Assembly (NCBI GenBank): GCA_012295275.1
Contig: CM022679.1
Span: forward strand, 23,188,001 to 23,252,000
DNA: 64,000 nt
Origin: Chrysomallon squamiferum
Lineage: Eukaryota; Animalia; Mollusca
Reading direction: 5' to 3'
Shown: piece after piece, positions 1-15,790 of the stretch
Layout of the letters: each line of letters opens with the position of its first letter
How positions within the stretch are numbered: position 1 is the first letter of the stretch
Position numbers and translations under genes: made by a program
Notes under the pieces: model-generated
Told to the model about the DNA's origin: nothing
Database searches by the model: none
The model's input: only the letters and a program-made list of their open reading frames with translations

Positions 1-16
1 TGAAATGAGTTTAGAT

Positions 17-263
17 CAGGGTCGGCAACCTTTTGGAGAGGTGGCCAATGAGCTATGCAGTGTTCTGGAGGAGGGCCAAGACACACACACCGATTTTCTC
101 TCTCTTTCTCTCTCTGTCAATTCTATCTTCAGTGTTGAGCACCAAAAAGGGATGTTATGAAAGAAGGCTGCTTTGGTCTGGAGGTTTAAAAAAAAAAAAA
201 AAAAGTTAATGTAATAATCGGTGTCCATGTGTTCAATTGGCGGGCCTTGGGTTGCAGCATCTG
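17..263. mobile_element. hAT/Charlie-type MITE, copy in tandem unit 1
   Basis: Termini CAGGGTCGGCAACC...GGTTGCAGCATCTG; 8-bp flanks GTTTAGAT/GTCTAGAT match the NTCTAGAN target preference of Charlie/Buster hATs. Confidence 0.8.
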
Positions 264-1798
264 GTCTAGATGTTATCAACTATAGTTAGAAAATATTGAG
301 AAAATTTAATGTGTCTACATTAGTGGTAACGAAGATGTTTTTAATTTTTTTTTCTGATGAAATTTTAAAAATAAGTGAAATTGTCACTCATTAGTAATCG
401 CAAATCACTAATTTATAATACTTAAGTGTAAAAAAATCAAGTCACACGTGTAAAGAAAGGTATACTTTGCTATTTAAAGTTGTTACATTTATAAAGTTGC
501 ATCAGTTGACTCTATAGTGCTTATATAAAAAAAATAAAAAAATAAATGCTTTATTTTTCAGAAAAAATTACTCGAAATATGGCATTTTGCTTGACCTTGC
601 CCATATAAGTATATACAAATACAAATTTGAAAACGTGTGAACATGCACACGTGCACACTCGCGCTGACCTGCACGCATGCACACAACACACACACACACC
701 AATTTCTCATATATCCTTTGATGTGGCATAAATAACCAATTACTATTGTAGCTGAACAGTTATTAATGCATGTTCTCTGTATCTGTATTTGTTGGAACAA
801 TTGAAAATGTCTTAAACTTTATTTATTCATTATTTTATTTTATATTTTTAAATATTTCATTTAGGTGAAAAGTTCATTGGTTCATTGTTGCGGTGTGTAC
901 TCTTTTAACTGTTGTGGAGAACAATGGCTAATGAACCTGAAATCTGCAGTAAGTATATCTGTCTGTCTTTCTGTAGTGAACAAGTCATTATGACAAATGA
1001 TATAAATATGTTGGTTGATAAGTGTTTGTTGTCATAACAAGTACAAAACATTATTTTGTCCAATAATCTTGACCTGTGTGTTTCTAAACTGGCTTGCTCT
1101 TAAATTTTTCTGACATAACTACGGTAAGTTCAGGGCATGAAATTACAGGCAAAAGTAGCTATAGAATATTTCTGTTTATGCTGGAAATGCACGTATATTG
1201 ATTACTATATTTGTGGTCATAAACTGTTCTTTTTTATATTTACCCCAAATATTTAGTAAGAAGCATTTCAGGTTTAAATGCTAAACCATAACAAATTATA
1301 TAAAAACTAGATGATTCATTTATCTGTTCAGTTTTATTTAAATATGATGCAGTATTAAAACTACATGAAATATAATGTCACAATATATATTATTGTCTCC
1401 ATGCATGAATTGAAGTAACTTAGCTACTTGTGTTATGTTTATAGACAAAGCCATCACCAGCAGTAACCATTTGGGTTTTATCAGAACAATTGTTTTAGGT
1501 TGGACTGTTGCCCATGAATATCATAAAATGCATCAAACATAATTATAAATGCTTCTATGCTAGAAAAAACCTCAAAGCAAATACTAAGCTAAGAGAACTT
1601 TCATGTTCTGCTTTAAATATGACATTTAACACACCTGCACCTTTAATTGCCCATAGATTTATGATTATAGAGATCTTATTTCCCCTAATATCTTTCTGGA
1701 ATTGGCTCTGAACCAAATTTGTGTATTGCAGATGATTATGATTAGACATTAACTATTTGTTGTCCTAGCTGACATGTACATTTGAAATGAGTTTAGAT

Positions 1799-2054
1799 CA
1801 GGGGTCGGCAACCTTTTGGAGAGAGGTGGCCAATGAGCTATGCAGTGTTCTGGAGGAGGGCCAAGACACACACACCGATTTTCTCTCTCTTTCTCTCTCT
1901 GTCAATTCTATCTTCAGTGTTGAGCACCAAAAAGGGATGTTATGAAAGAAGGCTGCTTTGGTCTGGAGGTTTAAAAAAAAAAAAAAAAAAAAAAAGTTAA
2001 TGTAATAATCGGTGTCCATGTGTTCAATTGGCGGGCCTTGGGTTGAAGCATCTG
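1799..2054. mobile_element. hAT/Charlie-type MITE, copy in tandem unit 2
   Basis: CAGGGGTCGGCAACC...GGTTGAAGCATCTG with GTTTAGAT/GTCTAGAT flanks. Confidence 0.8.
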
Positions 2055-3590
2055 GTCTAGATGTTATCAACTATAGTTAGAAAATATTGAGAAAATTTAA
2101 TGTGTCTACATTAGTGGTAACGAAGATGTTTTTAATTTTTTTTTCTGATGAAATTTTAAAAATAAGTGAAATTGTCACTCATTAGTAATCGCAAATCACT
2201 AATTTATAATACTTAAGTGTAAAAAAATCAAGTCACATGTGTAAAGAAAGGTATACTTTGCTATTTAAAGTTGTTACATTTATAAAGTTGCATCAGTTGA
2301 CTCTATAGTGCTTATATAAAAAAAATAAAAAAATAAATGCTTTATTTTTCAGAAAAAATTACTCGAAATATGGCATTTTGCTTGACCTTGCCCATATAAG
2401 TATATACAAATACAAATTTGAAAACGTGTGAACATGCACATGTGCACACTCGCGCTGACCTGCACGCATGCACACAACACACACACACACCAATTTCTCA
2501 TATATCCTTTGATGTGGCATAAATAACCAATTACTATTGTAGCTGAACAGTTATTAATGCATGTTCTCTGTATCTGTATTTGTTGGAACAATTGAAAATG
2601 TCTTAAACTTTATTTATTCATTATTTTATTTTATATTTTTAAATATTTCATTTAGGTGAAAAGTTCATTGGTTCATTGTTGCGTGTGTACTCTTTTAACT
2701 GTTGTGGAGAACAATGGCTAATGAACCTGAAATCTGCAGTAAGTATATCTGTCTGTCTTTCTGTAGAGAACAAGTCATTATGACAAATGATATAAATATG
2801 TTGGTTGATAAGTGTTTGTTGTCATAACAAGTACAAAACATTATTTTGTCCAATAATCTTGACCTGTGTGTTTCTAAACTGGCTTGCTCTTAAATTTTTC
2901 TGACATAACTACACGGTAAGTTCAGGGCATGAAATTACAGGCAAAAGTAGCTATAGAATATTTCTGTTTATGCTGGAAATGCACGTATATTGATTACTAT
3001 ATTTGTGGTCATAAACTGTTCTTTTTTATATTTACCCCAAATATTTAGTAAGAAGCATTTCAGGTTTAAATGCTAAACCATAACAAATTATATAAAAACT
3101 AGATGATTCATTTATCTGTTCAGTTTTATTTAAATATGATGCAGTATTAAAACTACATGAAATATAATGTCACAATATATATTATTGTCTCCATGCATGA
3201 ATTGAAGTAACTTAGCTACTTGTGTTATGTTTATAGACAAAGCCATCACCAGCAGTAATCATTTGGGTTTTATCAGAACAATTGTTTTAGGTTGGGCTGT
3301 TGCCCATGAATATCATAAAATGCATCAAACATAATTATAAATGCTTCTATGCTAGAAAAAACTCAAAAGCAAATACTAAGCTAAGAGAACTTTCATGTTC
3401 TGCTTTAAATATGACATTTAACACACCTGCACCTTTAATTGCCCATAGATTTATGATTATAGAGATCTTATTTCCCCTAATATCTTTCTGGAATTGGCTC
3501 TGAACCAAATTTGTGTATTGCAGATGATTATGATTAGACATTAACTATTTGTTGTCCTAGCTGACATGTACATTTGAAATGAGTTTAGAT

Positions 3591-3840
3591 CAGGGGTCGG
3601 CAACCTTTTGGAGAGAGGTGGCCAATGAGCTATGCAGTGTTCTGGAGGAGGGCCAAGACACACACACCGATTTTCTCTCTCTTTCTCTCTCTGTCAATTC
3701 TATCTTCAGTGTTGAGCACCAAAAAGGGATGTTATGAAAGAAGGCTGCTTTGGTCTGGAGGTTTAAAAAAAAAAAAAAAAAGTTAATGTAATAATCGGTG
3801 TCCATGTGTTCAATTGGCGGGCCTTGGGTTGAAGCATCTG
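3591..3840. mobile_element. hAT/Charlie-type MITE, copy in tandem unit 3
   Basis: Same termini and flanks as the copies at 17 and 1799. Confidence 0.8.
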
Positions 3841-5379
3841 GTCTAGATGTTATCAACTATAGTTAGAAAATATTGAGAAAATTTAATGTGTCTACATTAG
3901 TGGTAACGAAGATGTTTTTAATTTTTTTTTCTGATGAAATTTTAAAAATAAGTGAAATTGTCACTCATTAGTAATCGCAAATCACTAATTTATAATACTT
4001 AAGTGTAAAAAAATCAAGTCACATGTGTAAAGAAAGGTATACTTTGCTATTTAAAGTTGTTACATTTATAAAGTTGCATCAGTTGACTCTATAGTGCTTA
4101 TATAAAAAAAATAAAAAAATAAATGCTTTATTTTTCAGAAAAAATTACTCGAAATATGGCATTTTGCTTGACCTTGCCCATATAAGTATATACAAATACA
4201 AATTTGAAAACGTGTGAACATGCACATGTGCACACTCGCGCTGACCTGCACGCATGCACACAACACACACACACACCAATTTCTCATATATCCTTTGATG
4301 TGGCATAAATAACCAATTACTATTGTAGCTGAACAGTTATTAATGCATGTTCTCTGTATCTGTATTTGTTGGAACAATTGAAAATGTCTTAAACTTTATT
4401 TATTCATTATTTTATTTTATATTTTTAAATATTTCATTTAGGTGAAAAGTTCATTGGTTCATTGTTGCGGTGTGTACTTTTAACTGTTGTGGAGAACAAT
4501 GGCTAATGAACCTGAAATCTGCAGTAAGTATATCTGTCTGTCTTTCTGTAGAGAACAAGTCATTATGACAAATGATATAAATATGTTGGTTGATAAGTGT
4601 TTGTTGTCATAACAAGTACAAAACATTATTTTGTCCAATAATCTTGACCTGTGTGTTTCTAAACTGGCTTGCTCTTAAATTTTTCTGACATAACTACGGT
4701 AAGTTCAGGGCATGAAATTACAGGCAAAAGTAGCTATAGAATATTTCTGTTTATGCTGGAAATGCACGTATATTGATTACTATATTTGTGGTCATAAACT
4801 GTTCTTTTTTATATTTACCCCAAATATTTAGTAAGAAGCATTTCAGGTTTAAATGCTAAACCATAACAAATTATATAAAAACTAGATGATTCATTTATCT
4901 GTTCAGTTTTATTTAAATATGATGCAGTATTAAAACTACATGAAATATAATGTCACAATATATATTATTGTCTCCATGCATGAATTGAAGTAACTTAGCT
5001 ACTTGTGTTATGTTTATAGACAAAGCCATCACCAGCAGTAATCATTTGGGTTTTATCAGAACAATTTTTTTAGGTTGGGCTGTTGCCCATGAATATCATA
5101 AAATGCATCAAACATAATCATAAATGCTTCTATGCTACAAACAAACTCAAAGCAAATACTAAGCTAAGAAAACTTGTACATTTCTGCTTAAAATATGACC
5201 CTAACACACCTGCACCTTTAATTGCTCATAGATATATGATTATAGAGATATTATTCCCACTAATATCTTTCTGGAATCGGCTCTGAGGATTAGCCAAGTT
5301 TCTGTATTGCAGATGATTATGATTAAACATGATATGCCTTTTGTCCTAGGTAACATGTATATTTGACATGAGTCTAGAT

Positions 5380-5752
<373 letters not shown>

Positions 5753-6343
5753 GTCTAGATGTTATCAACTACAGTTAGAAAATATTAAGAAAATTTAATG
5801 TCTCTGTATTAGTGGTAACAGAGAGGTTTTTAATTTGTTATTCTGATGAAATTAATACAAAATTGAAATTGTCACTGTGTAGTAATACCAGGTCACTAAT
5901 TTATAATACATAAGTGTAAAAAATCAAGTTACTTCTGTAAAGAAAGGTATGCTGTGCTATTTAATGTTGTTATATTTATAAAGTACACATTAGTTGACTC
6001 TATACTGTTTATAAAAAAAAAAAAAAAAAATTGCTGTAATTTCCAGAAAAAAGTTACTCCAGTTATGGCATTTTACTTGACCTTGCCCATATAAGTATAT
6101 ACAAGTACAAATTTGAAAACATATGCATGTACATGCACAAGTACACACTCATGCATATTCACACACACACACACATAACAATTTCTCACATATCTTTTGA
6201 TGTGGCATAAATAACCAGTTACTGTTAAATCTGAACAGTTATTAATGTATATTCTCTGTATCTGTATTTGTTGGAACAATTGAAAATGTCTTAAACTTTA
6301 TTTATTCATTATTTTATTTTATATTTTTAACTATTTCATTTAG

Positions 6344-7002
6344 GTGAAAAGTGCATTGGTTCATTGTTGCAGTGTGTACTCTTTTAACTGTTGCGGAGAA
6401 CAATGGCTAATGAACCCGATATCTGCAGTAAGTATGTCTGTCTGTCTTTCTGTAGTGAACAAGTCATTATGACAAATGAAATAAATATGTTGGTTGATAA
6501 GTGTTTATTGTCATTAGAAGTACAAAACCTTATTTTGTCTGATAACCTTGACCTATTGCAGAAACCAGTAATCATTGCATGATATAAGAAAAATTATTGA
6601 AAAAAAAAAAGCAGTTAGTGTGTGTGTGTATGAATTAGATATTACAAATCTTATTGTCGATTATAAATAAGATTATCAAATGTTAAGTGAATTTAACTTG
6701 ACTTACATATCAATTATATAATTGTCATACAGTGTTCACCGTTAAATATTTCCAGTCAAAATAGTATCTAGCTAAATGGCAGTGGCAGTTTTACATTCAT
6801 TTTTCAGTTGTGAAAAATGACTGGGAAATTATATTTTAAAAGCAGATTTTCTTTGTTGAGTGTTACAATAATTTTAGATTCTGTGAGTTATTTTGAGGAT
6901 TAAAAAAAAACACCAAAAAAACCCACCAACATTATGATGAAAAAAAATATGTTTAATAATTGTGGATAAAAACAGTGTTTAGTGATGTAAATACGAAAAC
7001 AA

Positions 7003-7033
<31 letters not shown>

Positions 7034-10000
7034 TGATTTCTGGTACATAGTTATTAATTATATCAACAGTATTTGATATAAAAAAATACTTAAAATTGTA
7101 CAGTATATTAATGTATAATCATTTTCACTTAAGATAAACGTTGATGTGGTGAAGATGTGATCCAAATAAACTAGAATAGCATTGCCATGTCGGTGGCAGT
7201 CATCACTGGTTCCTGGTAAGCCACTGTCGCACAAAGCACCAAGTTCTAAGGATAACTTGAAAGAGTCCATAGCTGGAGATAAAGATGGCCAACTTGACAA
7301 CAACATAGCCAAGAAGATGAGCATAACAGAAACTAATGAATATTTTAAGGAGGATAATAAATTGTGTTCTGCTGGAGGAGGAACAGTTTATAGAGGTTCA
7401 GATTTTGATTGCATGTTTAAATTTCATACACATGTAGAAAATCTAGCCACTTGTTTAAGACATTGCAAAACATGTTTCATGAAGTCTGCCACTTTCATTA
7501 ATTTTTTTTCAGTTTTCTCAACCATCAGTAAAATTAAAATGTTGCCTATCTGTTTAATTTTCTTTTCTTTTCTTATGCTTTGTTATTCATCAAAAATTAT
7601 TCCAAAAAATATATATCACAATAACTTTTGCAATGGTAAAGCTTACCACATATTTTATTTTTTTATTATTATTAATTATTATTTTATTTTATTTTTTTGG
7701 ATTATTATTATTATTATTTTTTTTTTTTTGGCATACACACATATAAAGCACAGAGCAAACACTTTGATGCTGCTGTTGTGAGGCTAGAATGCACATAGTT
7801 CATTATCCCATCAAATTTGATAACTAATGTTTTAGACAAGCATGACTAAAATTCTTTTGAAAAAATAAAATGATTTAGACTGAAAAATCAAAAGCAAAAA
7901 AAAAAAAAAAAAATCTACAAATTAACACATTCTGACATTCTGAGGCCTGTTATTTTTATTCTATGGTTTTCTTAGGAAAAACTCGGGATCTGAGGAAGAA
8001 CAAGTGACAAGCAGGTGCTTTGCACTACTCGGTGGTTCCTTTTGATGAACAGGGTGTTCACTGGAGACGATCTTTAAACTTTGATGAGCATTTGGTAGCA
8101 GAACATGGTGAGATACAATGGTACCTTGACTTAAGAGTTTAATTTGTTCCGTGATGAGCTTGTAACTCGAATTTGCTCATATATCAAATCAATTTTCCAA
8201 AATGACATTAATTGAAATACCATTAATCTGTTTTATCCTCCAAAAACCATCCTTGTTACGTGCTTTTAAATGAGAAAAATGTATGTCTAGATGATAAATA
8301 TTGTATAAAAACAAAATAAAAGAGAACGTAAAGAAATAAATTAGTTTTGTAAAGTCTACAGGGTTAGGACCTCTCCATCTTTTCATGGACAGGGGTCTGC
8401 AGCTTAGAAATCTTTTAACTCCTTAAACAAAAACTTATATAAATATAATGATTCCATCTCTAATTAGGATTCAGTTGACTGATTCTGTATTTTAAATTAG
8501 CTTTCATAAAACATTTAAATAATTTTGGTTTTTATTTTCTTTTGTATATTTCCAGATTAATATACTTAAGCTAATGGAAGATGGTAGTATTATACCATCC
8601 CGATAATTGGTTTGAATTTACTAATCCCTGTCATAGTGTTTTAAACAGGTCCTAGACGGTGATAACAAAAACAACAACAATAATAGTAATCACAATGAAA
8701 ACAAAAACTATTATTATCATAAAGTTTACAAATCTTACGGTTTTTTGTTTCGATTGTGTTGTTTGTGCAACTGACATTTTGTCAGCAGCTGAATTAAAAT
8801 ACAGTAAAACATGTGATTTCACAGGACAACTAAATACTGAGGTACATTTTAATTATTTTTTCTTTTATTACCATTTTTTAAATTATGCTAAATTAGGCAA
8901 TTAAATCAAGTCCTTCCTCTGTACCAAGTATAACATTTGACACACAGCATTTCAATATTAATTTAAACAAGATTTATTTATTATGACGAAGTACTTTGTC
9001 TCTGTTGGTCACATGTCCTTCTGAGTCATGTGATCAGCTGATTGTTGTCGTTCTGCTAGGAGAAATAATGTTTTCTGATCAGTATCGGGTACGAACCTGA
9101 ATTAAATCTATACGGTGCTTTGCTGTTGTGTAAATATATATATACACACACCTGCAGTTATTAATTTTTCAAAAGTAATGACTATCAGTATATACCTTTG
9201 ATAATAATGGCTTGGCCCGATCTGAATAAACATAATTTGTTAACATGTTTCTATTTTATCTTGTGGAATGTAACATTTTTAAGAAAAGATAAAAATATTG
9301 TACATCAACAACATCTGCTAGTAGTACTATTACTACTATTAATACTAAATAAATGCTACCATCACATCATACTACTACTAATAATAATTGATCTGTTGAT
9401 TACTTTTGTTATTTTATTTTAAAGTAATTACACATTTCTTTCTTCACTTCACTAAGCCCACTAAGGGGATTCAAAACGTGACTAAACAGAATAAAGTGTT
9501 TCGCCTCGGTAAACAAATAGAATGTTAGCTTCTGTTAACTGTATATACCTGACTAAATGCCAACCTCATTTTATGTCTAATAGTTATTGTTGTTTTATAG
9601 TAAGCCTTTTATCTGAACCAGATCTAGTATCAAGTTTTTATTCAAATTTTTAAATAAATAAATAAATAATCATCATGGAAAACTAATAATAATGCTGATG
9701 ATAAAAATAAAATGGCAATAATAATAATAATCATGATAAACTAATAAAATTATGATGTTATTTATTATTAATGTTATTAGTTGTATTATTATTCCCAAAG
9801 CACAGAATATGGACTGTTTAATTAATTAATTTATTTATTTATTTTGTATTGGTTTTTCAGTGTTTATGGATACAGGTTCTTTTAATGTATGTGTGTGTAT
9901 GTGTGTGCTTTTTTTTTTGTATAAGTATCTTTATTTTCATAGATCAATACATTTTCATCCTACTTGTCTTCTTCCTTTTATTGTTATTGTTTTAATATTA

Positions 10001-11016
10001 CACATATGGTTATTTTATGAAGAATATAATAGATATATTGTTTGTTTTTTTATCTCTGTGTATTTTTTTTTGGGGGGTGAGGATTTCTGTAATGTATCTT
10101 TTATAAACACACAAACACACATTAAAAGACATTTGTCTATCTTTCTCTGTCTATCTGTCTGTGGACTTATGGATAGATACATACATACACAAACATATAG
10201 GTAAGTGTATAGATGTATTTGTGATTAAGTATTTTCCTAAAACCAATCAACAAATAAATAAGGAAATAAATAAATAAATACACAATATTAATGCTCTCTC
10301 TGGCAGAAAATAATAGCTTTTACTTATTGAGATTTGTCTCCCATACTCACACAAGAGAGTGAAAGAGAGAGAGCTGATTTTGTCTGTACTGTTTATCATA
10401 TTCTGCCACAGAAACATATATAAATATACTCTAACATTATAAATGATGCTACAAAGTGTCATTAAAACACCATCCCAGAAATGGCTATCGGTGCATTTGC
10501 ATTCTTCTTTCTTATGAATTTCTGCATTATATTCCCTCCTGTGTGCACTGAATTAAGTTCATATTACCAAACATTTGAGAATTGCTCACATTTAAACAAA
10601 TAGAAATATGCATGCTTGGTTTAGTCAAATAATAAAATAGATAATATTATAATAACTTGAATTTGGTTGATAATATGATTTATTTATTTATTTATTTATT
10701 TACTTATTTTAAATTTAACGAAATAAGCTATATAATACAGAGAATGAATATATATTATTATTACATTATTATTATGTATACATGACTAAAATTATATGTG
10801 TCCTGTTTTTCATTCGTACAGTTTATTTATATATCTTACGAAAAGACCTGATACCACCAGCTCAGTATTCAAGTCTAAACAAGATTTATTTGGCAGCTAA
10901 ATGTGTTGTCTTTCTAGGACCTAGACATTCTTTATTTGAACTGGTGTCGTCTGTCAAACTGACTTCTCTGAATTCATAACTGGAACAGAAAACTGAAAAT
11001 ATCACTCAAAACAAAG
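6344..11016 (+). pseudogene. Chain of exon-like segments (6344-6427, ~7180-7395, 7976-8107, 10918-11016): decayed gene or lncRNA, product unknown
   Basis: Several segments are bounded by pyrimidine-AG acceptors and GTAAG/GTGAG donors. The first carries ATG GCT AAT GAA CCC GAT ATC TGC A|gtaagt. No continuous reading frame could be assembled because of stops or frameshifts. Confidence 0.3.
8116..8391. mobile_element. Truncated Tigger/pogo-family element, same family as 61170-61876
   Basis: TA|CAATGGTACCTTGACTTAAGAG matches the TIR at 61170. The internal segment TTTTGTAAAGTCTACAGGGTTAGG...CTTTTCATGGACA matches ~61405-61450. Confidence 0.8.
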
Positions 11017-11717
11017 GTAAGATAATTAATTAATTAATTAATTAATTATTATTATTATATTATTTGTGGTTGCCACTGTGCTAAGATATGTTAAAATAAA
11101 CGTGAGTAATCAAGGCTTTGTTCTTTATAAAATTTGTGTATGTAATTTATTGCTGCAGTTCTCATTGGTTAGAGTGGAGAGCAGAGAAAAGTATCAGTTG
11201 TTGGTTTGTCTCATTCATCTTTCTTAAAGTCTGTTCGACAATTCCTTTATCAAAGGATGTGTTTTGTGATTATCAAGGAAAGGTAGCAGGTGGCATTATG
11301 AGAAATGATTTATTTTCTTCCATCGTCTGTAAGTCCTTAAATATTACATATAAAGCTGTGTAACTGCAGATTAAAAATGTGCCAAATTCTCATTCAGTAG
11401 CAGAGCCATTCATTTATTATGAGATTTTTGAAACGTGACTTCATAATCATTACTTCTCTGAATGTCACTTTTACTGTACACATTTCAGTTAGACTGTCGT
11501 GAAAATGTGGGCTGGGTTATGTAGCATGATATGTCTATTACTGAGTAGAAATTGTTGCAAAGGTAACATTTTTTATTATTATTTTTTCTTTCTTTTCCTT
11601 TATTTCTTTTTATTTATTTATTTATTTTTTTGTAACTGACCTTATCTCACCTCCTATGTGTTTCATACTATATTTTTTCAAACATTATTACAACATCACT
11701 AGCAAAAAATTAAAATA

Positions 11718-12407
11718 CAGTATTCCCTCGCTATTCGCGGGGGTTACGTTCTTAACCCCCCCGCGAATAGCGAAAAACCGCGAATATTGGATGCAGTTTT
11801 AAAACGTCTATTATGAGATTATATACGGTACTAAATGCTTCCCAAACACTTTCTAAAGACACTCTTACTCATTAATACAGTAATAATGCAGTTATGTATT
11901 TCACTAATGTAGTAATGATAATGTAAACACATTTTAATTTTGTACTGAAACAATATTTTAATCAGAAAGAAACGTAAGTACATGAGGACAGTAACACCCA
12001 AGATAGCATAGTTACCCATACAGTATTACTGCACCGAAAATCATTTTCTATCGCAACATATGTATTAGAATTGACAGAAAGTGGAACAAATTTAAAGGCA
12101 AAACAGACAGATAAATACAGTACGCACAGTTCAGGTAATAATATGCAATTAAAACATTATTAATACACGGTCACAAAAAATATGCACTGTATATACAGTG
12201 TATGCATTTATAAAAAAATACTTACTGTATTGCAATAATAATTGAAAAATTTGATATTGTTTGTGCGGGTTTACGAAAGCATTTGTTTTATGACATTATG
12301 ACGCTTAGCCTGGTATACCAGCATAATGATGCGATATGGTTAAGAGCCTAACCCCGCGAATATGAGGGGCCTGAATGGGGAACCAGCGAATAGGTGAGGG
12401 TATACTG
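11718..12407. mobile_element. Tc1/mariner-pogo-type MITE
   Basis: TA|CAGTATTCCCTCGCTATTCGC ... GCGAATAGGTGAGGGTATACTG|TA: TIRs with TA TSD and repeated subterminal CCGCGAATA motifs. Confidence 0.85.
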
Positions 12408-15358
12408 TATATAAAATTAATTTAAAAATACATTATCATAGACATTGGCAGATGAATAAAAAAGATGACTACTCTCATCAGGTACCTACTCTCATCAGGT
12501 ACCATTATGTGGACACGCACTCTGCCAAAACTCCACAGCGGACAGTACAGAGTACATTGTAAAGCAATACTTGAAACCATTATAATTATTTATTTCCATT
12601 TTCAGTTTATTAGAGGTCAGATCAACAGCTAAAAAGCAAATTATTCATGTGTTATTGGGATGTATGCCCTGATACGTTCTTTAGTCCTTGATACAGTTTT
12701 TGCACAAAAACAGAAAAAATATTTATTTGGATCTTAATTTTCACTTATTCTCGTTAAAACAAAAGCATGTATGCAAACGAAGTTTCCCTATTTCAATTCT
12801 TTAAAATCATTGCTCCATGCTATTTGAAGGTCATTCCTTCATTCAAGTTTCTTTTTTGTCATTATTTTTAAGTATCATGATGTAGTATCCATACAATTAT
12901 TGAGCTTCATTGTGATATTTGATAACAAAGAATGAATGAACAGACAAGTTTACCGTTTCAAAATGATTGTCACCAGGTATGTGCAGATAATCACCATGTG
13001 CACATAATCATTTTGCACAAAATTGGCTGTTCCATTTAACCATATCTCACTTGAGGATACGCACCATTTGCTTGCATTTCATTAGCTTATGTTATGTTAT
13101 TTCTGGGATATTCCAGCATTAAAACACAGTCAGGAAATCCAAAAACATTCTTGATTTTGAATATTTCCATTTGGTTGAGGTTTTCTATCTGCACTGATTT
13201 TCAAAAAAGTTACAAATTTTGAACTTGCTAGAATCACTAAGTAGAAAACGTGACATGAATGAAAAATAGCTCGACATATTAAATTGTTTTTTATCTTACT
13301 CAAGTTACTGTCTTTTGAAATTCTATCAAGCACTGATAAGCAAGGCAGTTGTTATCTTGACATGTTATTAGAAACATGGTCAGATTTGCTAAAGTGTCAT
13401 GGTGGTCCAAACTTCCTTCTGAATGACTTCAATTGACTCTAGTCTTCTTAAATTACTTGCATATTACCAAGAATGGTGGAAAAAGATGTCCCTAATACAT
13501 TGATATTTTTTTCATTCATAACTGTTTTGAGTCTCAGATGTTATGGGATTTTAAAATAAAATGGCCACCTGATTGCAAATCAAACGAGCACATGCTACTG
13601 TATCCTATGTTGGTTCAGTTTTTATGGATCATTCAAACCAAATGGTGTCGCTCCTTTTATATTGCTTTTTTCTTTTTTTTTTTGTTTTAATATAAGAGTT
13701 TTCGATCATAAACCTCTGTTGTCTTGAATTGTGTTTAATTGTACCTAAAATAAGCAACTATTAATTATTAATTGATTTGAAATTACTGTTACTTCCATAA
13801 TATCAAATTAAAAGATATTCCATTCAATTGATTTTCATGCCATTTTTATTTGGTTTCAAGCTCTTTCCAGCTATGTTATTTGTTTTCAGATTTCATAATA
13901 ACAATAATTTTATCATGGTTAAAAAATACTAGTTAGTTCTAGAACTCATCAATACCAGGCAAACTTTATTCAGATAAAAATGTGTTTAAGAGATTTTGAT
14001 TTATTTTAAATTGCATTTATATATATATATATGGCCGCTACTAATTACTGGACAACAAGCATTAATAAAATAAGGAATGTCTCTGTATACTGTAAATAAT
14101 TGTTAAAGGGTAAAACATAATTAAGACAAAGCTTTCATTAAAGTTGTATGTCCTTTGCCACATTTTGAGCAAAAGAACAAGAAGAGAAATTAGAAACCAG
14201 TTGTTTTGATAGTTGTTAGAGGTTGTTTTCTAAAGCCCAATTTATAGTCAACAAAAGCAGTTACTGATCCAGAAGTGCAGAAAAATGAACTAATTTAAAA
14301 ATAGGACCACTTTGAATTATGGGTGCTTTTAGTCAGTGACACCAATTTTTGAATTGATTGTTACTGTGTGCAGGTGATCTTTCACAATAATTTATTGTTT
14401 TGCATTAGTTTCATTTTCATTTATTATCATGTCTAAAACTAGTAAAAAGACTAGTAGAAATAAACCTGCTGATTGAAAGGTATATGTCTATACAAGTATT
14501 TTAAGAACTTTATGTCAAAACAAAAAATCAAACTGACTTAGCTTTTGGAAGTATATTAATGTGTATGTGTTAAATATTTTCATTCCTTATTTTTCATTTT
14601 ATGCAAAATTTTGCCTGGTTCTAGAACCACCCTGTGACACCCAGGCTTGCTGAATAAAAATGATTCAGAAACAGTATTTATAATGCTGAAGTCACTAAGG
14701 AAATAGGTTTTTCTAGAATGTACTAAAAATCCAGTATTCCTGTGGATTTCTGAAGTTAGTAACAAGAAAAGCTGGAAATCTAATACAAGCTTGATACAGT
14801 GGAAAAATAAAATATAAAATAAAAAGGAAAATAATTGCTTTCTTTCTTGAAAGTTAAGGTAATGAAAAATTAATTCTTGAGAAGAAAATAAAGTAATTTA
14901 TATGATAATAATTGTTTATTATTTCTTTCTCATTCTTGCAGTTGTTGTTGTTAAAGTTAGGCAGAGTATTATGTTATTTTATTTTTATTATTATTTTTAA
15001 TCGCTAATAACATTGACATTGATATCAAATAGTGTCAGCTGGCCCATTTTACTTTTTGGAAGAAATTAAGGTTGAACACAAGCTGTGATGATAATTTAAT
15101 TTTGTTTCATTGATTTTATTTATTTATATAATTGTTATTATTATTATTTTTTAAAAATATTACTTTTTTGGGAGGGAACCTTTATTATTATTATTCTTAT
15201 TTGTTTTTCTTCTCCACAAAGCGTGAATTTTGCTTGGATATCATTTCAGAATCTTTTATATACTATTTTCTACTTGTTTCCAGCACTTGAATGCTTTTAT
15301 TACTTGTGTGGTTTAAACAGCCATATTTCAATGTTTTTGATGTGCACTAATGTAATAA

Positions 15359-15790
15359 GGCTTGAAATTAACAGGCACAAGTAGCTCTTAGAATGTTCTC
15401 GCTTGCACCCTGAAATGCATTTGTATTATGTAACATCTTCGTACTCATAAATAGTTCTTTTTTTACTCTCATCACAAAGTTAATAAGAAGCATTTCAGCT
15501 TTAAATGTTAAACTAGTAAATAACAAATTTAAAGCTAGATGATTTGTAGGCCTATATCTATTCTGTTTATTGAAATATGATTTATATTAAAACGATATGA
15601 ATCTAATTTTGTCACTGTATGTATTATTTTCTCCATAAATAAATGGAAATAACTAATTTATATCAGTTATAGACAAGGCCATCACTAGCAGTAATCGCTT
15701 GTATTTTATCAGAACAATTTGTTTTCAGTTTTGGTTTACCCATGAATATCACAAAATGCCTCAAACATAAAATGCCTCCTCTCTGCTAGA
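15359..15790 (+). repeat. Older diverged copy of part of the 1.79-kb tandem unit (matches ~1131-1565)
   Basis: GGCTTGAAATTAACAGGCACAAGTAGCTC vs GGGCATGAAATTACAGGCAAAAGTAGCTA; TATAGACAAGGCCATCACTAGCAGTAATC vs TATAGACAAAGCCATCACCAGCAGTAA; CCCATGAATATC is shared. Confidence 0.8.
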